In this document: positions 11,438 through 28,325 of the stretch, one piece after another
How positions within the stretch are numbered: the stretch's first letter is position 1
How the letters are laid out: each line of letters opens with the position of its first letter
From: Octopus vulgaris
Lineage: Eukaryota
Assembly (NCBI GenBank): GCA_951406725.2
Contig: OX597817.1
Coordinates: 71,238,001-71,302,000 of the forward strand
Length of the DNA stretch: 64,000 nt
Direction of reading: 5' to 3'
Made by a program: the position numbers and the translations under genes
The notes under the pieces: model-generated
What the model saw: only the letters and a program-made list of their open reading frames with translations
The model's database searches: none
Told to the model about the DNA's origin: nothing

Positions 11438-13088
11438 TAGTGGGGGGAAATAAATATTCGTGCATGTCAAAATTCTTTATTTATTTAATTTCTAATGAAC
11501 ATAAATGGGATATACCAATACTATATTTGCATACACATGCATAAACTAAGAACATGCAAAAGAAACTAATAATTTATAGTAACTAATGAATTTATATACA
11601 ATTATAAATATTTAGGGGTGAAAAAAGTATTCGTAGGGAATAAATTTATTCGTACAGAATAAAAGTATTCGTACAGAATAAATTTATGAGATTCTATGTC
11701 ACAAAATACTGTTAAAATAATTTTTTTTACTAGAACTTTCTCGTTTGCTCCAATAATCTTATCAGTTGTCATTTTTAAGTGTCAAAACGCTAGCTTCTTC
11801 ATTCAGCACTGAGACAACATAAAGTAGTATCGTAATAATGGCGAAAAGTAAAGAACTCATAAATTCAGTGAAAAACTGAATTATTGAACAGTGGAAAGCA
11901 GGTAAAAGTTACAGGAAAATATCAGAGACCCCTTGTATTCTATTTTCTACCATATCTTCATTTATTCAAAGATATAAAAAAATCGGGAACTGTTGAAAAC
12001 AGAATAAGATCCGGTGCACCACGCAAGATTTCCCCTAGATCTTTAAGAAAAATGAAGCGAAGAATCGAAAAATATACAATGATCATCAGAAAGGAGTTGC
12101 AAGAAGATTTGTTAGCTTCAGGGACGAGTGTTACACTACAAACAATCAGCAATGAACTTCATAGGAATGAACTGAAGTCACGCTCTACTAGAAAAACTCC
12201 GCTGCTGACTAAAAGGCATAGAGATGCCCGTTTAAAATTTGTTTATGAACATAAAGATAAATCTGATACATTCTGGGAAAATGTTCTATGGACAGACGAG
12301 TCGAAAATTGAATTGTTTGGACGAAATTCGCGTAGCCATGTTTGGAGGAAAGATGGTACCGCCTATTCGCAGAAAAACACAATTCCTACCGTAAAGTTTG
12401 CAGGTGGCAACATCATGGTGTGGGGGTGTTTCTCTGCAAATGATACTGGCAATTTACATGTGATAGATGGTAAAATGAATGCAGAGATGTACCAAAATAT
12501 TTTGAACAATAATTTATGGGACTCTGTAGAAAAGCTCCAGCTTTGTGAAGGGTGGGTTTTACAACAGGATAACGACCCTAAGCACACGGCGAAGTCTACC
12601 AAAAAATGGATTGTCGATCACAATATAAAATTATTAGAATGGCCAAGCCAGTCACCTGATTTGAATCCCATTGAAAATTTGTGGCGTTATTTGAAAATTA
12701 AAATTCATTCAAGAGCCCCAACGTGCATTGCAGATTTGAAGAAAATTTGTCAAGAAGAATGGGAAAGAATTCCTAAAGAAACATGCAAATCATTGATTAA
12801 GAACTACAAGAAGAGATTGGTTGAAGTGGAACTGAATAATGGTTATGCTACGGAGTATTAAATCAGAATTATCAATTATTTATGTTCTGTACGAATACTT
12901 TTTTCACCCCTAAATATTTACAATTGAATATAAATTCCTTAGTTACTATAATTTATTAGTTTCTTTTGCATATTCTTAGTTTATGCATGTGTATGCAAAT
13001 ATAGCATTGGTATATCCCATTTATGTTCATTAGAAATTAAATAAATAAAGAATTTTGACATGTACGAAAAGATTACCCCCCCCCCTTG
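11438..13088 (+). mobile_element. Full-length Tc1-family DNA transposon, IR/DR type, ~1.65 kb
   Basis: ~200-bp TIRs (11438-11636 vs 12890-13088); TA flanks; internal TATTCGTRCA direct repeats; encloses a transposase. Confidence 0.93.
11838..12861 (+). pseudogene. Tc1 DD34E transposase, disabled at the N-terminus
   Basis: ATG 11838 MAKSKEL...; TGA at codon 14; frameshift in an A-run near 11975-11982; then open: GAPRK, WTDESK, QQDNDPKH-x-SPDLNPIE (34 residues between D and E). Confidence 0.9.
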
Positions 13089-13229
13089 TATATACATGTA
13101 ATAGTGTAATCAAAGTCGGACAAGTAATTGCATGAATACATACAGATCAATCAGGAAATCCAAGCTGATGAGATAATAGTTCACAATAATCCAAAAGAGA
13201 AGTCCTCAAATGAATCCAATAAATAGAAA

Positions 13230-13323
13230 GAATTTTACTGCCGTTTCCGGGAATGTGCGAAGAAGTGTGTAGGTAAAACCTTTTGAATTTCAGTAATCTA
13301 CATTTAATCTCATCAGAGAATTC
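13230..13323 (-). ncRNA. Degenerate hammerhead-like motif with long stem II region
   Basis: Minus strand: gaattct-CTGATGA...GAAAC-GGCA-GTA-aaattc. Confidence 0.4.
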
Positions 13324-13361
13324 GTGGGATTGTAAAATTATGTTTAAGAATCTACAGTAAT

Positions 13362-13436
<75 letters not shown>

Positions 13437-13712
13437 TGTGTACAGAGAGAGAGAGAGAGAGAGAGAGGAGGGAGAGAGAGATGCAGTGAACAGAAGATGC
13501 CTAACGATGCTCAATATAGAAAACACGTAGTAGTGCTCAAAGGATTTAAACTTACAGCCTGAAGTCTTTATCGAGGATTAAGTCCGCGGAGTAAAGGTGA
13601 ACTGATATGAAGATAGTGATTGGGTTGTTCAGTTTTTGATTCTCCCTCTCTCTCTATCCCGCTCTCTCGCTATATGTATTTAGATGTGTGTGTGTATGTG
13701 TGTGTATATACA

Positions 13713-13931
13713 CGAGGGGGAGGGGCTGGAAAGTTCCTGGCTTTAAGGGTGTCGCGAAAGGTGTGGGTGGAGGCCCAACCTTCCGAGTTCTTTTACAGGA
13801 CTTAGAAAAACTGAAGGACCGCTGCAATAAATGCGTTAATCTGAGACGGGATATGTTGAATAAAATCATAATTAACTTATCCTCCTGTATTTTCTTTTAC
13901 CCAAAGCCAAGAACATTTCAGCACTCCCTCG
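13713..13931 (+). mobile_element. Mariner-derived MITE
   Basis: TIRs cgagggg..gctggaaagttcctggc / gccaagaacatttcagcactccctcg-TA; retains a transposase C-terminal remnant (KLKDRCNKCVNLRRD). Confidence 0.75.
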
Positions 13932-14019
13932 TATGCATGCATGCATGCATGTATGTATGTATGTATGTATGTATGTATGTATGTATGTATGTATGTATGT
14001 ATGTATGTATGTATGTATA

Positions 14020-14235
14020 CCGCATGTCGACTGTTGGCGATTTTTCCTTATTTTTCCTTCTTTTTCTTTGGACTTTCCTGCTTCGGACGAAGAGCTATGC
14101 TTGAAACGTTAACAACAATCCTTTCCCTTCATCGAGAGTCTAATTACTATATTTCTTGTGCACGCCCTCACGTTCGTTTTTCTTTCTTTTCTTTTTAAAG
14201 TTTTTTTTATTTGTCTGTTTATTTGAATTAACTAT
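14020..14235 (+). mobile_element. Short dispersed repeat with minimal hammerhead-like motif
   Basis: cggacgaagagctatgcttgaaacgtta at 14084-14111. Confidence 0.5.
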
Positions 14236-14250
14236 ATATACTCCTTTAGT

Positions 14251-14654
14251 CTTTTTACTCTTTTACTTGTTTCAGTCATTTGACTGTGGCCATGCTGAAG
14301 CACCGCCTTTAGTCGATCGAGAAAATCGACCTCAAGATTTATTCTTTGTAAGCCTAGTACTTATTCTATCGGTCTCTTTTGCCGAACTGCTAAGTTACGG
14401 GGACATAAACACACCAGCATCGGTTGTCAAGCGATGTTGGGGGGACAAACACAGACACACAAACATATACACACACATACATACATATATATACATATAA
14501 ACGACGGGCTTCTTTCAGTTTCCGTCTACCATATCCACTCACAAGGCTTTGGTCGGACCGAGGCTATAGTGAAAGACACTTGCCCAAGATGCCACGCAGT
14601 GGGACTGAACCCGGAACCATGTAGTTTGTAAGCAAGCTAATTACCACACAGCCA
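14251..14654 (-). mobile_element. Full-length tRNA-derived SINE (family 1) with LINE-like tail
   Basis: Minus strand: A box TGGCTGTGTGGT, B box GGTTCAGTCCC, CORE-like cttgggcaagtgtctt, internal (TG)n, tail ggcggtgcttcagcatggccacagtcaaatgactgaaac. Confidence 0.85.
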
Positions 14655-14970
14655 CATAATATCGTAAACCAATGGTAAAAGAATATTATAACTAAAACCG
14701 TAAGTCCGAAAATAAACCAAAAATAATTCTACCACTTCCACAAAATTAACGACTTCCTTCCTCTCGGAGTACGTGTGTTTGAAAAGGTTTAACTAAAGCG
14801 TTCACACACTAGATAAAAAAGCTTCTTCCCCTAAAAAAGGTTAGTAACATCCTCATAAAAGATTTTATATTTAAAAAAAATAATTTTTAAAAAAATCACA
14901 TTTACACTTCAAAAACTGCATTAAGTAATCCTCATATTAAGTAATCCTCACTTTCAAATATATGTGTGAG

Positions 14971-15019
<49 letters not shown>

Positions 15020-15279
15020 AAAAATACATTCATACATTCACATAGAAGACGGTAAATAACTGAAAACCTATGTAAAATAAAAAGAATGCTAACCTTCCTA
15101 TCGATATCGATCCCTCAGCAATTGATCTCACTTAAGTTAAGTAGACTTCTTGAATTCCCATTGCCATTGTCTCTAGACAGGTCTACCGTTGGAGTCACCA
15201 CAAGTGATTGTGTCGCCATTATAAGTAGTATCCTTTAACCCTCAAAACAACCTCTCGAAAATCTGCTCTCACCTCTTTC

Positions 15280-16007
15280 AAGTATTTCTTTCTTTTCTTA
15301 TCCTCATTTTCCTTCGTTTAGTCATTTCTTTTCTTCCTTCTACTTTTTATTTCCTTTTGTTTTCTTTTTTCTCCTCGAAGGTTCTTCCCTTCTCTTCATT
15401 CTTTTTTTTTATCCACTATTCTCCGTTCGTTCTTCCGTTCTTCCCTTCCTTCGTTCCTTATTTTCTTCTTTTCTTCTTCCCTTCCTTCTTCCCTTATTTC
15501 CTCCTTTCCTTTCACCTTCCTTCCTTCCTTCCTTCCTTCCTACCCCTATTTCATTCCTTATTTCCTCCCTTTCTTCCTTCCTTTCGTCCTTCTCTTATTT
15601 CCTTCCCTCCATCTCTTATTTTATTGCTTCATTATATCTTCCTTCATCTCTTTCTTACCTTTAATATTTTCTTTCTTCCTTTCTTTTCTCGTCTCCATAC
15701 TTTCTTTTCCTCCCTTTTTTTACACCCTTTCTTTCTTTCGCTTTTTCTTTTTATGTTCCTTCTTTCTATCTTTCTTCCTTTTTCTAATTCTTTCTTTCTT
15801 TCCTTTTATGTCCCTTCTTTCTTTTCTTTCTTCCTTTTTCTAATTCTTTCTTTCCTTTTTATTCTCTCTATCCTCGTCTTCTTTTTTCCTGGTCAAATAT
15901 CTATTTACCCCTTTCCAGTCAAAGCACCACAGCAAATATTTCTGGTCAAAACTCTCTTCTTTTTCTCTTCTCTTCCCCCCTCTCTCCCCTTTCTTTCCCT
16001 TATCTAA
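15280..16007. repeat. Polypyrimidine (CT/CTT/CCTT) low-complexity tract
   Basis: ~730 bp almost free of purines on the + strand. Confidence 0.9.
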
Positions 16008-16520
16008 CTTTCAAAACTCTCAAACAAATTTTTGCCAATTACTTAGCCTCTGTCATCGATCTACTTGTATCATCTCGACAATATCCGTGTATTCCGGACA
16101 AAGAAAGAAAGAAAGAAAGAAAGAAAGAATCGTAAAATTTCTCCAGCCGTTATTGATTTCACGTGAGTACTTGACAACGGGAATTTGGGAATTTTGAACT
16201 TATTAAGAAATACACTGGCAATTAACAACATTGAAATATTGACTTCGATTGAACAACACTCCATTGATTATATTGATAATTGCCTCATTGCTAAGGACAT
16301 GACTTAACTTTCATCTTATTGAATCCTGAAACTCAATCACTTCTCTTCGTATGGAAATAAAATATCATGAGAGCTTGTTTTGGTATGTGAATAATTGTAC
16401 TTAAAATCATAAGTATGAAATATTGAGCAGCATGCCATATTATATTGATAAAATAACCCCTGTCTCTTTGTATACATACATCGTATACATACATACGTAC
16501 ATACACACATACATACATTC

Positions 16521-16551
<31 letters not shown>

Positions 16552-16965
16552 TGTAAATTAAATCATAATTAATATAACTAGTTTATATTACATATAAATA
16601 AACAGTAGAAAAAAATAGAAGAAAAAAAAAAACTATATATAATAAATCAAAAAACACAAGAAAAATAAATAAAAATTTTTTTCTTTAAAAGCAGAAGAAA
16701 ACAACATAGCATTATTAACAAACACACAACTATAAATACAAAAAAAAAAAAAGTAAATATATATAAAACCACAAAAAAAAAAAAAACACACACAAACAAC
16801 GCCCACAAAACCCAAACAAAAAAAAAACCCCTAAAAAACACCACATCCTCATAAGAAAAAATAAAGCCTCATCATATATCCGCATCATTATATATATATA
16901 CAAACAATAAAATAAAATACCCATAAAACAAACATAACAACATCCAACTTAATATATGAAGCAAC

Positions 16966-18501
<1,536 letters not shown>

Positions 18502-18590
18502 TGATTGATTGATTGATTGATTCTAGTTTCAGCTTATGAGCTGTGGCCATGCTGGGGCACCGCCATTTGGTGTTGCTACTTGGTTTCACT

Positions 18591-21500
18591 TCATGGAGGC
18601 TTTCTAGCAACTGCTATTTGGTGCATGAGAGAGTTCGATGCAGCTGCCCTCATCTGCCCCTCCTGCCGTGAAGTTGGTTCATCTGGGACACCTGACAGGA
18701 AGAGATCCAGCTTCATTTTAAAGACATCTGTATCCACCCCATGCAGGTCTCTCAGGTTCTTCGGGAGGATATTGAAGAGCTGTGGGCCTCGGAAGCCCAG
18801 GCTATCACAGAATCTTGTCCTACATCTTGATGGCAGGTTTGGAGTCCTAGGCACCACGCAGTGGCGCCCAGTTCTGGCATTTGCGTAACTCTCGATGCCA
18901 AAGTTCAGGACACTTCCCTCCAGGATCTTCCAGATGTATATTATGGCATATCTTTCCCGCCTACGCTCCAGGGAATATAATTTTAATCTCTTGAGTCTTT
19001 CCCAGTAGCTTACATTCTGCATAGAGGCTATCTTCTTGTGTAGCTTCGTTGGATCGCCTCAAGTTCTGTGATCAACTTGACACTGGATGGTGACCATAGC
19101 TGAGAGCAATAGTCAAAGTGGCTTAGGACAAGTGTCTTCCAGAGGACCATCATGGTTTCTTGTTCTCTTGTTCTAAAGGTTCTAAGAATCCATCCAGCCA
19201 GCCGTCTACATTTCATTGTCAGTTTAGCAACATGTACATGAAAGGTCGCGTCATCACTCATGTGAATACCCAGGTCACGCACTGATTGTGCCTCTGGGAT
19301 TGCAATCCCTCCGGGTCCAGTGTATTCATTGGGTATTGCATTCAGTTTTGCATGCTGATAGTATAAAGCTTGAAACTTTCCAGCATTGAACTGCATGCTA
19401 TTCTTTTCAGCCCACTTGTATATTTCGTCCAGCTCACATTGCAGGTGTTTAGTGTCCTCAGGGTTCTGTATTGCCTGTGAAACTTTTGTATCATCTGCAT
19501 AACTTGTGATCGTGGCTCTCTGCGTGGCTGAGGGCATGTCTGAGAGGGCCATTATGAACAGTAGTGGTCCCAGAACAGTGCCCTGCGGAACACCGCTCAC
19601 TATTTGTGTGTTAATGGAGGTGGCCCCATTGGCTACTACCACCTGACTTCTATCCTTCAGAAAGTCATGAAGCCATTCTCCCAGTTTTCCAACTATGTTG
19701 AGATCACGCAGTTTGTGACATATCATTCCATGATCGACTTTATCAAAGGCCTTTGCAAAGTCGAGATATATCACTTCCACATTTGAGTGGTTGAGCAGCC
19801 GTTTCAGCACCCAGTCATAGTGTTGTAGGAGCTGAGTTAAACAGCTTCTCCCTGGTCGGAAACCATGTTGGGTGTCGGGCAGCAAGTCATTCTCTTCAAG
19901 GAAGGTGATCAGCTTCCTTCTGACTATTCGTTCCATGACCTTGCTGATGTGTGAGGTCAGAGAGATAGGTCTATAGTTCTTGGCTTCCGCTCTGCTACCT
20001 CCTTTATGAATGGGGCATATTTTACCTTCCTTCAGTTTTCCTGGAAGTTTGCCAGCTGCAAGGAAGCTCTGAAAGAGGAACTGCAGTGGTCTTGCTAGGA
20101 CTCTCTTACATGCTTTTAGGAGGATTGCCGGGAATCCATCGGGGCCAGTAGCTGAGTCTGTTTTCATTTCATCTATAGCCTTGGTTACATCGTCTTCCTT
20201 TATATCGATGTAATCTATCGTCGCCGCCTCTGATTTTATATCTGCAGTGGTAAAAAAGTCAGTTGGATTGGTGATTTGGAGATGCCCAAGGGGTGGAGTG
20301 AAAACACTCTTGAATTGCTCATTCAGTATTTCACTTACCCTCATTGGTTTTCCTGTAAGTGTGCCATCCTTTTCGAGGAGTGGCCCTATTCTACAGTGCA
20401 CTGTAGCTGTTTCTTTGGCATACCTGTAGAAAGCTCTGGGGTTAGATTTTATGTTTTCTATAGCCCAGGCTTCTTTGTCTGCTCTTTCTTTTTCATGGGA
20501 GAGTTGCAGACATTTTTCGATTTCCAACAGTTTTATTTTTAGGCGGGACTTTTCACTGCTTTCAATCTGTTTGTTTAGGCGATTTGAAAATTTCGTACGC
20601 CGTCTCATTAAAATTTTCCTCTCTCTGGGGATTTTGTTCTTGTGTACAGTGGCCTTTCTCTCTGGGACACATTTGTAGCATATGGCTTGCATTACAGACA
20701 TGAATTGTTGAAGTTTCACGTCGATGTCTGGCGAGGAGAGACATTTAGGCCAGTTTTGTTTGAGGATCTCTTTCTCAATTTGTTTCCAGTTTGCCTTATG
20801 GTAGTTCAAGCTGGAAAGATTTTGAGGGTTTCTTGTAGGCTGCATGTCCGTGCTCTCTTTTGGCCCGTACATGGTCAGCTCTATCATGTTGTGATCCGAG
20901 AGTAGTGTCGGTGTCACTTTCACATTATGGATGAGATCCATGTCATTTGTGAAGCAGAGATCCAGTGTGTTACCTGCCCTGGTTGGTTGGAGTATTACCT
21001 GCTCCATGTACAGGGTGTTGATGAGGTTCAGGAGGGACCTCGCCTGTCCTCGTTCACATCTTGTCATTCCTGGGAGAGAAAGGCCCTCGGGCCATCTGAC
21101 ATTGGGCAGATTGAAGTCTCCCATAAGAAGCACACCTATGTGTTGTTCTAATGTGGTTAGAATTTCTTCTATTTTTATAAGGCAGTCTTCAAACTTGCCC
21201 ACATGGCTTGGGGCATCTGGAGGGCGATATGTAGCACACACAACTACATCAAGTTGCCTAATATGTACAATTAGTGTGTCACACACCGAGTTTGAGTATG
21301 ACAAGAGGACCTGGGGTGTGAGGTCCTCACGGATGTACATAGCAACACCTCCATGACTCCTTTCTTTCCTGTCGGTCCGTAGTACAGCATACTGTGGTAT
21401 GTGTAACTCCGCATCTGCTATGTCCGGTTTCAGGTGCGTTTCTGTAAGTGCTATGCATAAGGCTTGATTGCATGCAACAAAGTCTCTCAGGAACGGGATC

Positions 21501-21694
21501 TTTGTCCTGTTACTGAGTGTTTGCAGTCCTCTGATGTTCAGTAGGAGTATCGAGGTGAGGTGTACGTTGTTGCCGGCGGTGTCCATCCTGTGTCTGTTTG
21601 CTGTGGTGGTCTGGTATATAGTGGGTAGTCCCACCTGCGGGCTTGGGTTTGATGAAGCCAGGTCAGCTGCTGTACAATCTTTTGTGCCATGCAC
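18591..21694 (-). CDS. LINE A ORF2: apurinic endonuclease + reverse transcriptase, one frameshift near 19030
   Basis: APE motifs LNIRGL, LTETHL, GDFN, SDH; RT motifs [38 protein letters not shown]; C-terminus (SLERRRERY) continues in ORF 18591-19022 after a 1-nt loss relative to LINE B. Confidence 0.92.
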
Positions 21695-22448
21695 AAAAAA
21701 GATTGTTGCTCAGCAACTGCTCTTTCAACAACATCATGTTGGCGGTTTGTGGCGCGCACAACATCTGCGTACCTCCGCTTTGGGGCAGGTGGTGCGTGGT
21801 CCATCCTTTTCTTTGTGTTGATGGTTTGTCCATCTGCCTCGTGTCTCTGTGGCAGGGTCCCCGATGTGCAAAGCAGCAGCCTGCACCTTCCTTTCCATGC
21901 CAGCAGGAACCTCTCAGGTAGAACATACACACCCGTGTGCGCTGTTTGGTTCCATCCTTTGCGGTTCCACTTCTATTCCTGGTTGTTTCACCCTTTGGTC
22001 CTGCTTGAGCTTTTTCTTTTCCTTTAGCTCTTCCAGTCCTTCTTTTAGTTCTTCTTCCTCCCTCTACCTCTTCACCGGGTTCTCCGTCTCCATGGCCCTT
22101 GCTGCCGGTTGGAGAACTTGCACCTGGGTTCACTTCCCGGGCAGGTTTCTCATTCAAAACCTCCTCCTGGGCGTCCACCAGGTGGGGGTGACTTCTTTCA
22201 TCGTCTCCATTCTTGCCATCTTTGCCCCGCTCGTTCTCAAAGATGGCATCAAGTGCGCCAACGTGCGACCGTACAAGCGCATATGAGCGCACGAATTCCT
22301 GTCTCTTTCGCTCCATCTGAGCCGCTGTCCTCTTGTAGCCTCTGCTCTTCAGCGCAGCCGCAATCACCTCGCTAGGGCTATCTCCGCCGGCGCACTCCCA
22401 TGCTCGTACGAATAAATCCAGCTCGTCAGGTCTCCATGCTCTGGACAT
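21663..22448 (-). CDS. LINE A ORF1: Myb/SANT (trihelix)-like N-terminus, basic linker, CCCH-type zinc finger
   Basis: W-x3-E-x2-LF-x2-W...IAAALKSRGYKRTAAQMERK; CMFYLRGSC-x8-C-x3-H; lies directly upstream of and overlaps ORF2. Confidence 0.75.
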   Translation of the reverse strand: MSRAWRPDELDLFVRAWECAGGDSPSEVIAAALKSRGYKRTAAQMERKRQEFVRSYALVRSHVGALDAIFENERGKDGKNGDDERSHPHLVDAQEEVLNEKPAREVNPGASSPTGSKGHGDGEPGEEVEGGRRTKRRTGRAKGKEKAQAGPKGETTRNRSGTAKDGTKQRTRVCMFYLRGSCWHGKEGAGCCFAHRGPCHRDTRQMDKPSTQRKGWTTHHLPQSGGTQMLCAPQTANMMLLKEQLLSNNLFCAWHKRLYSS

Positions 22449-22499
22449 GCTGGATAATCCGTCTATCCGTTTATCTATCTAATTATGTTCGAGAGAAGA

Positions 22500-24245
22500 C
22501 AGGAAGATATTAAGGCTAATTAGAAGATAGAGTACTTGAAAAAGAAATATTAACAATATTAAAGTTTGCGGGTAAAAACGTTATTTAATCTTAGGCTAAT
22601 TAGGGGATAGAGTATCTGAAAATGTATTAGCAATATTAATATTATATTAGAGTGTGGGTAAAAACGTTGTTTAATCTTAAGGCTAATTAGGAGATAGAGT
22701 ATCTGAAAATATATTAGCAATATTAATATTATATTAGAGTGTGGGTAAAAAAAACGTTATTTAATCTTAAGGCTAATTTGGAGATAGAGTATCTGAAAAT
22801 ATATTAGCAATATTAATATTATATTAGAGTGTGGGTAATATTAAACGTTATTTAATTTAATCTTAAGGCTAATTAGAAGAGAGAGTATCTGAAAAATTAT
22901 TAACAATATTAAGCAATATTAACCGTTATTTAATTTAATCTTAAGGCTAATTAGACGTTATTAATATTAAACGTTATTTAATTTAATCTTAAGGCTAATT
23001 AGAAGATAGAGTATCTGAAAATATATTAGCAATATTAATATTATATTAGAGTGTGGATAAAAACGTTATTTAATCTTAAGGCTAATTAGGAGATAGAGTA
23101 TCTGAAAATATATTAGCAATGTTAATATTATATTAGAGTGTGGGTAATATTAAACGTTATTTAGTTTAATCTTAAGGCTAATTAGAAGATAGAGTATCTG
23201 AAGAATTATTAACAATATTAAAACAATATTAAACGTTATTTAATTTAATCTTAAGGCTAATTAACAATAATTATTAACAATATTAAACAATATTAAACGT
23301 TATTTAATTTAATCCTAAGGCTAATTAACAATAATTATTAACAATATTAAACAATATTAAACGTTATTTAATTTAATCCTAAGGCTAATTAACGTTATTA
23401 ATATTAAACGTTATTTAATTTAATCTTAAGGCTAATTAGAAGATAGAGTATCTGAAAAATTATTAATCAAGAACAGATATTGAAAATGTAAACAAACAAA
23501 ATTATATTAGAGTGTGGGTAATATTAAACGTTATTTAATTTAATCTTAAGGCTAATTAGAAGATAGAGTATCTGAGAAATTATTAACAGTATTAAAACAA
23601 TATTAAACGTTATTTAATTTAATCTTAAGGCTAATTAACAATAATTATTAACAATATTAAACGTTATTTAATTTAATCCTAAGGCTAATTTGACGGTATC
23701 AATATTAAACGTTATTTAATTTAATCTTAAGGCTAATTAGAAGATAGAGTATCTGAAAAATTATTATATCGAGAACAGATATTGAAAATGTAAACAAACA
23801 AAGATTATATTAGAGTGTGGGTAATATTAAACGTTATTTAATTTAATCTTAAGGCTAATTAGAAGATAGAGTATCTGAAAAATTATTAACAATATTAAAC
23901 AATATTAAACGTTATTTAATTTAATCTTAAGGCTAATTAACAATAATTATTAACAATATTAAACAATATTAAACGTTATTTAATTTAATCTTAAGGCTAA
24001 TTAGACGTTATCAATATTAAACGTTATTTAATTTAATCTTAAGGCTAATTAGAAGATAGAGTATCTGAGAAATTATTATATCGAGAACAGATATTGAAAA
24101 TGTAAACAAACAAAGATTAAAAATTATATTAGAGTGTGGGTAATATTAAACGTTATTTAATTTAATCTTAAGGCTAATTAGAAGATAGAGTATCTGAAAA
24201 TTATTATATCGAGAACAGATATTGAAAATGTAAACAAACAAAATG
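22500..24245. repeat. Modular AT-rich tandem array (about 22 units) upstream of LINE A ORF1
   Basis: Core aacgttatttaat(ttaat)cttaaggctaatt recurs at 48-130 bp spacing, with optional modules agaagatagagtatctgaaa, attatattagagtgtgggt and gaacagatattgaaaatgtaaacaaacaaa. Confidence 0.92.
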
Positions 24246-24662
24246 ACGATCGCAACTTTAACTAAGATGTGGGCCTAACTGTAGGAAAAAATAGAATAAT
24301 AAATAAAATATGAAATAGATGAAAGTGATACTTAATCCAAACAATGTGGTCTGGGTTTTTTTTTTTTTTTTTTTTTTTGGTTTACGGGATTTTTTTCAGG
24401 AGAGATGATTCTTTTTTCTTTCTTGCAGGAGATAACTTGATTCAGTTATTTTTGCACCATGTGCGTTTCGGCGAAAATGAAAATTACTGTGTATATGTAT
24501 ATATTTATATATATATTTTTAAAAATATTTTTAACCAAAGTGTTGTAGTGATCTCTATGACTTAGAGTTTTACGTTTTGCAAATACAGTGGGTTATTTCG
24601 CCGATCTATGCAAACTTTTTCACAGAAAAGAGGCAATCACGTCTCTCTCTGTTGAAACCGGG

Positions 24663-28325
<3,663 letters not shown>

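Larger units (their letters stand above)
18499..24245 (-). mobile_element. Near full-length CR1-group non-LTR retrotransposon (LINE A)
   Basis: 5' tandem array, ORF1, APE-RT ORF2, short 3' UTR and (AATC)6 tail abutting (TA)n; the 5' boundary is uncertain and may extend to ~24662. Confidence 0.9.

Noticed and set aside
15357-16007. 216-aa F/L/S/P-rich ORF resembling a membrane protein
   Set aside because: By-product of a polypyrimidine tract
22500-24245. CRISPR-like array next to a reverse transcriptase
   Set aside because: Intervening segments are repeated modules rather than unique spacers; no cas genes; eukaryotic LINE context
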